Assembly (NCBI GenBank): GCA_017501245.1
Contig: JAFVXI010000013.1
Span: forward strand, 145,889 to 209,888
Source: Clostridia bacterium
Lineage (GTDB): Bacteria > Bacillota > Clostridia > Oscillospirales > CAG-272
DNA: 64,000 nucleotides
Direction of reading: 5' to 3'
Shown: in pieces, positions 1-7,687 of the stretch
How positions within the stretch are numbered: the first letter of the stretch is position 1
How the letters are laid out: each line of letters opens with the position of its first letter
Notes under the pieces: generated by a model
Databases searched by the model: none
The model's input: only the letters and a program-made list of their open reading frames with translations
Told to the model about the DNA's origin: nothing
Made by a program: the position numbers and the translations under genes

Positions 1-488
1 TTACCCTGCCGAGGGAGATCTCGGTCAAGGACGGCAGACTCCGCCAGGAGCCTATCGCTTCACTCGGCGAGGTAAAGAAGGCTTGCTCCTCTTTGAAGGT
101 TGAGGACATTGTGACAAGAGGCGTCGTTACCGTCAAGGCAACGGCTCTTAAGTCGCTCTCCTTAAGGCTTCGCTCGGACGGAAGCAATTACACAGAGCTG
201 ACTCTTGAAGGCGGCGAATGGGTGTTTGACCGCTCGAGGTCTGGCGAGCAGATCGTCGGCGTTGAAAAGGATGCAGATTCCTTAGCCGGCATCAGACGTA
301 TGCCCTTCTCCGGCAAAAAGGAGATCACCCTGACCGTCGTTATGGACGACTTCTCGGTTGAGATCTTTGAGGATGGAAGAGCGCTCAGCTCGACTATCTA
401 TCCCCCCGAGGGAGCCGACGGCTTAGAGCTAACCATCGACTCCGCAGGCTGTGAATACGAAAGAAGAGATATTTTTCTGAAGGCTTAA
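1..488 (+). CDS. glycoside hydrolase family 32 (sucrose-6-phosphate hydrolase / beta-fructofuranosidase), C-terminal part, 5' end cut by window edge
   Basis: Frame 3 is open from the window edge. The translation (TLPREISVKDGRLRQEPI...LTLEGGEWVFDRSRSG...FSVEIFEDGRALSSTIYP) looks like the C-terminal beta-sandwich domain of GH32 enzymes. Confidence 0.7.
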   Translation, partial: TLPREISVKDGRLRQEPIASLGEVKKACSSLKVEDIVTRGVVTVKATALKSLSLRLRSDGSNYTELTLEGGEWVFDRSRSGEQIVGVEKDADSLAGIRRMPFSGKKEITLTVVMDDFSVEIFEDGRALSSTIYPPEGADGLELTIDSAGCEYERRDIFLKA

Positions 489-522
489 GGCTGACGGAAG
501 GATACTCAGGATCAATAGCTAT

Positions 523-564
523 GCCCCGAGGCTTGCATAAAGGCTTGCCTCGGGGCGTCTTTTC
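523..564 (+). terminator. rho-independent terminator after the GH32 gene
   Basis: GCCCCGAGGC ... GCCTCGGGGC stem followed by GTCTTTTC. Confidence 0.6.
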
Positions 565-651
565 GAAAAAGAAAAAAGCTCTGCTGAATCTTTTAGATAT
601 GAAAGTAAGCTTATGAAACAGGAACAAAACGACTTAGTTTAGTATTTGGTC

Positions 652-680
652 TTTACATATGAAAAAAGTTCTGCTATAAT
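652..680 (+). promoter_or_regulatory. sigma-A type promoter
   Basis: TTTACA, 17-nt spacer, TATAAT, about 30 nt upstream of the RBS of the next gene. Confidence 0.5.
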
Positions 681-712
681 ACTAGAGTAAAAAACAACCT
701 TTGGAGGGAAAA

Positions 713-1015
713 ATGGCAGAAATTTTTGAGATCATCATGGTGTTGTGCTTCGGCGCTTCCTGGCCGATGAACATTATGCGCTCCTACAGAGCACGCACGG
801 CAAAGGGCAAGAGCCTTGCCTTTCTCGTTATGATCGAGATCGGCTACGTTGCGGGAATTATCTCCAAGTTCGTAAACGAGGCTTATATGGCAGACTTCGG
901 CTCGAAGTGGTACGTCCTCGTATTCTACTGCATCAACTTCGTTATGGTTGGCATAGATATGATCCTCTACTTCAGAAACGTTATGCTTGATAAGAAGGCG
1001 GCAGCTGCTGCGTAA
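713..1015 (+). CDS. small 3-TM membrane protein, possibly SemiSWEET / PQ-loop-like
   Basis: GGAGGG RBS lies 4 nt before ATG 713, which is internal to track ORF 701..1015. There are three hydrophobic segments. TM1 ends in WPM followed by a basic loop (NIMRSYRARTAKGKS), resembling the PQ-loop layout. Confidence 0.35.
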   Translation: MAEIFEIIMVLCFGASWPMNIMRSYRARTAKGKSLAFLVMIEIGYVAGIISKFVNEAYMADFGSKWYVLVFYCINFVMVGIDMILYFRNVMLDKKAAAAA

Positions 1016-1054
1016 AAAAGAAGCGACGAAAGCCGAACAACCCGACGATCAAAA

Positions 1055-1095
1055 AGAGCGACCAACAGGCGAAATCTGCCGACGGTCGCTCTTTT
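1055..1095. terminator. bidirectional stem-loop terminator between convergent genes
   Basis: AGAGCGACC ... GGTCGCTCT stem, flanked by an A-run on the 5' side and TTTT on the 3' side. Confidence 0.5.
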
Positions 1096-1172
1096 GCTAT
1101 ATATTTGTAAGCAACAATTTACAAATTCGAGGATATAAGCTCTATGTGCAGGTGACTCCTGCCACGGTGAGC

Positions 1173-2090
1173 TTACTTAACCGAGAGTGAAAACGTCGCC
1201 TTTCCGTCCTTATCCTTGCCTCTTTGCATATACCTTGAGGTCATTCTGATCGAGGGATCGTTTTCCAGCCTGACCTCGGCGTAAGCCCTCTTAACACCCA
1301 TCTCGCCGGCAAGCTTGATCAGGGCCTTAAGCGCACGTGAGCCTATCCTGCGCCCCTGCGCCTCAGGCAGAAGCCTTACGGCGAGCTTTGCTCCGCCTTG
1401 ATAATCAAAATCAAATATGACCGCCTCACCGAGCAGCTCCTCAGCGCCGACCTCTCTGACAGCGAAGGAAAGCGCAATACCCTGAGCTATTTCCATTCTC
1501 GCGGTCTCGAGGAAATATGCGTCATCCGCCCCCTCGGCATCCGCCTTATAGTCGTAGCCCCAGAATCTGTTTACCGCCTCGTTTCTCGCAAGCTTGGCGT
1601 AGCTTGCCATATCAGCGTCACGAAGCCCGTTAAGCAGGACCCCGTCAAGCTCGACGGTGGGCAGCTCGTCCACAAGATCGCACTCGGAGTAGATAAGCAC
1701 GACAAAGGAGTCAACGTCGTCGTCATACGCCCTCGCCTCCACGTGCGGGAAAAGCCTTCCGATCCTCTCCAGCTCCTCTCTCGGAGCATCCGTCATATGG
1801 AAGGGGATCATCTGCCGCATAGCGTATTCCGCCAGCGCAATAAGCGCTCCGTCCGCATCGGTCTCCTCTGCAACCTCGATGGGATAAACGAAGGAATATC
1901 TGCCGTCGTCAAGGATACGTACGAGCAGCATACCGCAAGCGGCACAGACGCCGACCTCGCAGCCCTCATCCGCTATCTCAAGAAACGAGGCAAGGATCTC
2001 CTCTGCCACCTCCGGCGCACCAAGCTCCTCGCCGACAGACGCGGATAGACAGTCAAAGCTATCCCCGTCAAGTATTTTGAACGAAAGCAT
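1173..2090 (-). CDS. GNAT family N-acetyltransferase (two-domain, about 305 aa)
   Basis: The C-terminal region (AVRLLPEAQGRRIGSRALKALIKLAGEMGVKRAYAEV) carries the acetyl-CoA binding motif Q/RxxGxG/A. Start chosen at MLSFK because a GGAGGA RBS lies 7 nt upstream. Confidence 0.65.
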   Translation of the reverse strand: MLSFKILDGDSFDCLSASVGEELGAPEVAEEILASFLEIADEGCEVGVCAACGMLLVRILDDGRYSFVYPIEVAEETDADGALIALAEYAMRQMIPFHMTDAPREELERIGRLFPHVEARAYDDDVDSFVVLIYSECDLVDELPTVELDGVLLNGLRDADMASYAKLARNEAVNRFWGYDYKADAEGADDAYFLETARMEIAQGIALSFAVREVGAEELLGEAVIFDFDYQGGAKLAVRLLPEAQGRRIGSRALKALIKLAGEMGVKRAYAEVRLENDPSIRMTSRYMQRGKDKDGKATFSLSVK

Positions 2091-2183
2091 CAGAAAATCC
2101 TCCCATAATAAGTGATACACCCGCCGAGCTTTTTGGGGCTTGCGGGTGTTTTGCTTTTGTTTTACGTCATAGGAAAAGTCGCA

Positions 2184-3563
2184 TCAGGCGTCCTCTTTAT
2201 CCGACACGGGCAGCGACGGAAATGCTATCCTAGTCACGTAGACATCTCCGTCCTCACCGAAGTCAAGCTCGATGCCGAGAGTCTCCGCAATTTTGCGACA
2301 GCTCTTGAGGCCGATGCCATTGGTTTCGACCTTGTTTCCGCTTCTATCTATGACATTTGTAAATGTTAGTTTACCTATTCCGTCACTTGCATCGACAGCT
2401 ATCGTGATCTCGTGCTCCTTGTCAGCATACTTGAGCATATTGGAAATGAGGTTTTCAAGTATGCGCAAGAACATATCGGGGTCGGTGGTTATCTCGACGT
2501 TGGCGCTCGACGGATCGATGACCACGTTAAGCTTATACTCACGCTCGATGAGGATGAGAGTATATTCTGCGAGCATCTGCTCAACGAGGATGCCAAAGGG
2601 ATATTGCTCAAGCTTAAGCTCCTTCGTGCTTTTGCCGAAGAGGAGGAAGTAATTAAAAAGATCGTCCGAGAGGCGCTTGAGCCTCATCGCAGTCTTTTCG
2701 GATGCGGCAACGTATTCGGTCATGACCTCGTCGCCCTGTGCCTTGTCCTTCATCATATCGAGGTAGCCGAGCAGAACGGTGAGCGGCGTTCTTATATCGT
2801 GTGACATCGAGGTGATAAGCTCGGAGTTTGCCTCGATTGCGGCTCGCTCGCTCTCTATCTTGTTGAGTATGGAAACTCTCATCTGCTCGACGCTGTGTGA
2901 CAGCTCTGTTATCTCATCGTGGCCGGGCATATTGATCTGCCTTGCCGTATCACCGCCCGAAACCAGTCCGACCTCGCCTGCGAGCTTAGAGATCCTCGCC
3001 GTGACCCTCTGCACGTAGACTATCATCACTGCAAAGAGCGCAACGACGCCCGCAACGAGCTTGATGATGTTGAATATGTTGTAATAAAAGTTCTTGCTCA
3101 TATCTACGAGCGACACGACGAGCTGCTCGCCGTCAGCCGTTTGTATCAGGTGCATGTCGTGCTCCTCGACGTAGATCTCCAGCTCCTCAAAGCCGGGTGC
3201 CGTCGCTGAGTCGAACAGCAGCTGATCGTCGTTGTAGACCATCAGATAAACGTACTTCGTTTCCTCAACCCAGGTCGTAAACGCCTCTGCGTTCTGCACG
3301 GTCACACCGTTATCGTTTACGTACTTCTGAAGCGATGCGGCGTAGCCCTTAGCCCTCTCCTTTGCCGCATCCTCGGAGCTATATACGCTCTCGATGATCG
3401 CCATTGAGACGATATCAATCGTCAGATAGGAAACGGTAGCAAGCGCAAGGCCGAAAAGCAGGGTGAAGATAAGAGCGACGTTCATAGATCCGAGCCTCCG
3501 CTTTGCCAATTGTATCAGCTCACGAAGCTCGTCCAACAAGCGAACGAACAATTTCTTAATCAA
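2184..3563 (-). CDS. sensor histidine kinase
   Basis: Two N-terminal TM segments, an H-box (SHDIRTPLT), and an HATPase_c region (NLISNMLKYA ... GIGLKSCRKIAETLG). It overlaps the upstream response regulator gene by 8 nt. Confidence 0.85.
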   Translation of the reverse strand: MIKKLFVRLLDELRELIQLAKRRLGSMNVALIFTLLFGLALATVSYLTIDIVSMAIIESVYSSEDAAKERAKGYAASLQKYVNDNGVTVQNAEAFTTWVEETKYVYLMVYNDDQLLFDSATAPGFEELEIYVEEHDMHLIQTADGEQLVVSLVDMSKNFYYNIFNIIKLVAGVVALFAVMIVYVQRVTARISKLAGEVGLVSGGDTARQINMPGHDEITELSHSVEQMRVSILNKIESERAAIEANSELITSMSHDIRTPLTVLLGYLDMMKDKAQGDEVMTEYVAASEKTAMRLKRLSDDLFNYFLLFGKSTKELKLEQYPFGILVEQMLAEYTLILIEREYKLNVVIDPSSANVEITTDPDMFLRILENLISNMLKYADKEHEITIAVDASDGIGKLTFTNVIDRSGNKVETNGIGLKSCRKIAETLGIELDFGEDGDVYVTRIAFPSLPVSDKEDA

Positions 3564-4248
3564 CCTGATATCCCTTTCCCCACACGGTGCGGATCACCTT
3601 GGGCGACGAGGGGTTATCCTCGAGCCTCCTGCGCAGATTGAGGATGTGGACGGTTACGTTGTTTCCGGAGGAGGGGAGTGGCATCTCGCCCCAGACCGCC
3701 TCGTAAAGCTCATCAGAGCTGACCGTCCTGCCCCTGTTGGAGATGAGATAAGCAAGAACCTCGAACTCCTTGTCACGAAGCTCGACGAGAACTCCGTTTT
3801 TGATGACCGTCCTGGTGTCAAGATTTACAAGCACGCCGCCGGTGAGCCTTGCGCCGGCCGAGGCGCCCGAGCCCTTTGCTCCATAGGAGTTGTATCTACG
3901 GGTGAGAGCATCGACCTTCATAAGAAGCTCACGAGTGGAGAAGGGCTTGACGAGATAGTCGTCACCGCCCGAGGCATATGCATTCTCCTTATCCGTGTCA
4001 AAGGATCTTGCGGTGAGGAAAAGCACGGGAACGGAGGAAAACTCTCTGATCCTTCTTGCCGCCTCTATGCCCGACATAACGGGCATCATAATATCCATAA
4101 CGCAAAGGTCTATCGAGGCGTCCTCTCGAACCTGCTCGACAGCCTCTTTACCGTCAGCCTTTTCAACGACGTCGTAGCCCTCGTTTTCAAGCACGAGCCT
4201 CAACACACGTCTGATATCATATTCGTCATCTACGATTAGTATACGCAT
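3556..4248 (-). CDS. OmpR-family response regulator
   Basis: Receiver domain (MRILIVDDE ... DLCVMDIMMP) followed by a winged-helix C-terminus (LTGGVLVNLDTRTV ... IRTVWGKGYQV). Confidence 0.9.
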   Translation of the reverse strand: MRILIVDDEYDIRRVLRLVLENEGYDVVEKADGKEAVEQVREDASIDLCVMDIMMPVMSGIEAARRIREFSSVPVLFLTARSFDTDKENAYASGGDDYLVKPFSTRELLMKVDALTRRYNSYGAKGSGASAGARLTGGVLVNLDTRTVIKNGVLVELRDKEFEVLAYLISNRGRTVSSDELYEAVWGEMPLPSSGNNVTVHILNLRRRLEDNPSSPKVIRTVWGKGYQVD

Positions 4249-4409
4249 AAAACCTCCTTATGCTCAGGGGCGTAATATTTCTTTGATATATTTTATCATA
4301 AATATTTTTTATTTTCAAGGGTTATATACATTATGCACACGCACGGTGGGGCGTATAATGAGTCGGTTTTGGCAAAAAATAAGCTAAAAATCGACACGGG
4401 GGTGCATTA

Positions 4410-5882
4410 ATGAGCCAAATCAAGCCGAATAGTACAAGCTTTCTTAAAGAATTTTTCACTCTTATGCTCCCCACCCTGCTCGGAAATCTTCTGGTTGTCG
4501 GGATGACGCTCTCGGACCACGTGATGACGACCGCCCTAGGTGGAGCCGAGACCGGCGGGATCTTTTATGCAAATCAGCTCTTTCTCATATATAGCTATCT
4601 CGTCACCGGGATTGAGGCGGCGCTTGCGATAACAGGGGCGCAAAGCGTGGGAAATGGGAGTAAAAAGAGCTTTCAAACCATGCTCTCACCAGCCATATTT
4701 TGCACACTTACCCTATCGCTTTTAGCAACTATTATTTGCATATTGATGCCAAAAGTGTTGATCTCTCTATTTACAGGCAACGGTGATGCGATCGGCTACG
4801 GTGTGAGATATCTTCGCATCATCGCCTTGTCCTTTATCCCTTTTTCTCTCTCACGGATGCTCATATCCGCCGCAAGATGCCACGGGCGTGCTATGCCGTC
4901 CTTTTGCTCTGCAGCGACGGCACTCACCTCAAACGTCCTGCTGAATGCGCTTTTTATTTACGTATTCGACCTCGGGGTCGTCGGGATAGGGGCATCAACG
5001 CTTATAGCGAGATCCGCCGAGCTTATCGTAGCTATGATCTCGGTGAGACGCTCCTTGGGCGGAGAAATAAAATTGTCCGCTCTTCTCTCGCTCTCGGCAT
5101 CGGGGGTCAAGAGCTTTCTCCGTGCGCTGCTCCCCCTGCTCTTAGGTCAGCTCGTCTGGTCGGCGAGCAACCTGTTTTCCTCCACGGTCATCTCACGCTC
5201 GCTCGGCGAGCTCTCCTCCGCATGGGGCGTTACCGCCTCACTCTCAAGCCTCGCCTATACGCTGATGAACGCAACGTCAAGCTCTGCGGGAGTGCTTGTT
5301 TCAAGAGCGGTCGGCAGAGGCGACGAGGACGCTCGGGAGTATGCGAGCGGCAGAAGCACCGACCGCCGTACAATCCCTCCACTCTGCACGTCATCCAAGC
5401 CGCAATTCTCTTTCGGTGCGAAAGGCTGCGCCATCCATGCTCGGCCGAGCCACCGCTTTTGCCTCGGAGAGGTGATTTCCTTCTCGCAAAAGCTATTTCT
5501 CCTCACTTCCCTTCTTTCCTTTGTTTTGATCTTTGCCCTGCGTGAGCCATTTATAGCTCTGTATCGCCTCAGCTCCCCCGACGCTGCTGCCGCACGTGAG
5601 ATGATGGGCGTGCTTGCCATAACCTTTGCCGCAACGGCATATTCCGCCGCGGCGCTTTTCGGCATCGTGAAGAGTGCGGGCGGGATATGGTCGGTCATTC
5701 TGACTGATGCGTTTTGCTTTTTCGCTCTCACTCTTCCGCTCGGTCTCGCCCTATTCGGCTCGGGAGCATCCGGTGCTACCCTTCTTTTTGCGCTCAGGCT
5801 TGAGCATATTGTAAAATGCCCCATCGCATACGGGATGATCAGGCGAGGCAGATTCGTCAAGCGGTTGACAAAGGCGACGTGA
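4410..5882 (+). CDS. MATE family efflux transporter with an atypical hydrophilic insertion
   Basis: Multi-TM protein with an internal repeat of the MATE loop motif (AQSVGNGSKK in the first half, VSRAVGRGDEDA in the second half). Confidence 0.7.
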   Translation: MSQIKPNSTSFLKEFFTLMLPTLLGNLLVVGMTLSDHVMTTALGGAETGGIFYANQLFLIYSYLVTGIEAALAITGAQSVGNGSKKSFQTMLSPAIFCTLTLSLLATIICILMPKVLISLFTGNGDAIGYGVRYLRIIALSFIPFSLSRMLISAARCHGRAMPSFCSAATALTSNVLLNALFIYVFDLGVVGIGASTLIARSAELIVAMISVRRSLGGEIKLSALLSLSASGVKSFLRALLPLLLGQLVWSASNLFSSTVISRSLGELSSAWGVTASLSSLAYTLMNATSSSAGVLVSRAVGRGDEDAREYASGRSTDRRTIPPLCTSSKPQFSFGAKGCAIHARPSHRFCLGEVISFSQKLFLLTSLLSFVLIFALREPFIALYRLSSPDAAAAREMMGVLAITFAATAYSAAALFGIVKSAGGIWSVILTDAFCFFALTLPLGLALFGSGASGATLLFALRLEHIVKCPIAYGMIRRGRFVKRLTKAT

Positions 5883-5924
5883 TTTGCTAAAATCATCTTA
5901 TCAAGCGATAAGGGGGGCGCCGAT

Positions 5925-6701
5925 ATGCGTACGGAGCTGATACTCTCAGAGTCAACTCGCGAAGAGATGAAAAGGCGAGGTGTGGACGTTTTTGAATACG
6001 AAGAAACCGACTCAACCAACAGGCAGGCGATCCTCTACGCCGAGGCAGAGCGACCGATGCGCAATGTGCTTTTCGTGGCGGGAAGCCAGACGGCGGGAAG
6101 AGGCAGGCTTGGCAGAAGCTTCATTTCGCCTGAGGGTGGAGTATATATGACGATCCTCACCCCACTTGCAAAGGGTGACCCGACGGCAGTTACGAGCTAT
6201 GCGGCAACGGTGGTTGCCGACGCCGTCGAGGAGCTTGGAGGTATAGACCCTAAGATCAAATGGGTAAACGACGTGTATCTTGGTGGAAGGAAGCTCTCGG
6301 GCATACTTGCGCAGGGCATTGTCGACCCCGAGAGCGGCAGGCTGACTCACGTTGCCCTGGGTATAGGCGTAAACGTCAAGGGCAAAAGACTCGCACCCGA
6401 GATCGAGGACATAGCAACGTCGCTCGAGCGCGAGGGCGTGACTACCGACAGAGATACGGTCATCGGGCTTATAGCGACGAGATATATCGACAGCCTCGGG
6501 CTGATCGGTTCTGCCGCCATAGCCGAAAGGTATAGGGGGCGCTCCTTCCTCATCGGCAAGAGAGTTACCGTCCATAAGCCGAGCGAAAGCTACCCTGCCA
6601 CCGTTCTCGGCATTACTGACGCCTGCGAGCTTAAGCTGATGACCGAGCGAGGAGAGGAGATCCTCTCGACCGGAGAGGTCAGTGTAAGAGAGATAAAATG
6701 A
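5925..6701 (+). CDS. birA: biotin--[acetyl-CoA-carboxylase] ligase (no N-terminal HTH)
   Basis: Signature QTAGRGRLGRSFISPEGGVYMT and KWVNDVYLGGRKLSGIL. AAGGGGGG RBS. Confidence 0.85.
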   Translation: MRTELILSESTREEMKRRGVDVFEYEETDSTNRQAILYAEAERPMRNVLFVAGSQTAGRGRLGRSFISPEGGVYMTILTPLAKGDPTAVTSYAATVVADAVEELGGIDPKIKWVNDVYLGGRKLSGILAQGIVDPESGRLTHVALGIGVNVKGKRLAPEIEDIATSLEREGVTTDRDTVIGLIATRYIDSLGLIGSAAIAERYRGRSFLIGKRVTVHKPSESYPATVLGITDACELKLMTERGEEILSTGEVSVREIK

Positions 6702-6855
6702 TCCAAGACAACGACTAAAAAAAGCAGAGAGCCAAGTGTGACACTCTTAAACGAGCATCAGCACTAAGCTCTCTGTTTTTAGCTTTATTTTTGACTATCC
6801 TATCCCGCCGATTTACGGCGACGGTATACGTATTACAAGCCGCAGGCAGAACAGA

Positions 6856-7545
6856 TCAAAGCTCCTCCTCGACGTAGGGCTTGAGGATAAGCGAGTCCTC
6901 AAAGTCAAAGTCGGAGGGGTCGATGGAATCAAACAGACCGTAATGAACGGGGATAGCGGTGTGTGCACCGATCTCGTATGCGAAGTCTGCAGCATCACGA
7001 GCGTGCATATTGTTGCCTACGCCGTTGATAGGCAGGAAGGCATAATCAACGCCCGACTCAACGAGGTCGAGCACGTCGTCGATAACGTCAAAGTTATAGA
7101 CCGTGTCGCCGCTGACGTAGAAGGTCTTTTCGCCGTCGTCGATGATAAAGCCTGCGGCAGATGCGTCGCTGTGCGCAGCACGGACCGAATAGAATGTCAC
7201 GCCGTTAACGCTCCACACGGAGTGAGGCTCGAGTAGCACGTAGTTGTGGCCGCCACCAAGCTTGCACAGCTGCTCGTAAGCCGAGCGGGGAGCAAGAACC
7301 GTAACGCACCTTCTGCCCTCGGCAAGATAGTGTGAGAGCGTTTTGGGGTCGAGATGATCAAGATGAGCATGAGTGATAAGGATAACGTCGGGCTCGACGT
7401 CAAGATAGCTCTCGTCCGCAGGGATCCTTCGATCCTTTTTAGGGTCAATCTCACCGACAGAATTTGAAAGATAGGGGTCAACGATTACGCTGATCTTATC
7501 CGACTTGAAATATAAACCCGCTTGGGTCAACCACGTTACTTTCAT
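6856..7545 (-). CDS. MBL-fold metallo-hydrolase
   Basis: HAHLDH metal-binding motif, about 229 aa, AGGAG RBS. Confidence 0.7.
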   Translation of the reverse strand: MKVTWLTQAGLYFKSDKISVIVDPYLSNSVGEIDPKKDRRIPADESYLDVEPDVILITHAHLDHLDPKTLSHYLAEGRRCVTVLAPRSAYEQLCKLGGGHNYVLLEPHSVWSVNGVTFYSVRAAHSDASAAGFIIDDGEKTFYVSGDTVYNFDVIDDVLDLVESGVDYAFLPINGVGNNMHARDAADFAYEIGAHTAIPVHYGLFDSIDPSDFDFEDSLILKPYVEEEL

Positions 7546-7687
7546 ATTTTTTCTCCTAAAATGTAAACAATTGTTATAAAATAGTCGTTATTTTGAGCTC
7601 AGCGTCCGGCATATCCGACGAGGGCTCGGTTTTGTTTTTACGTGAAGCGAGGCAAGACGTCAATGCCTTTTCAGCCCCGCAGATCGC

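Noticed and set aside
4877-6019. Alternative-frame ORFs over the MATE gene (222 aa on the plus strand, 254 aa on the minus strand), and the idea that the MATE gene is a frameshifted pseudogene.
   Set aside because: The MATE reading frame is continuous from 4410 to 5882. Neither alternative frame yields membrane-like sequence across the atypical segment. I keep it as an intact gene with an insertion.
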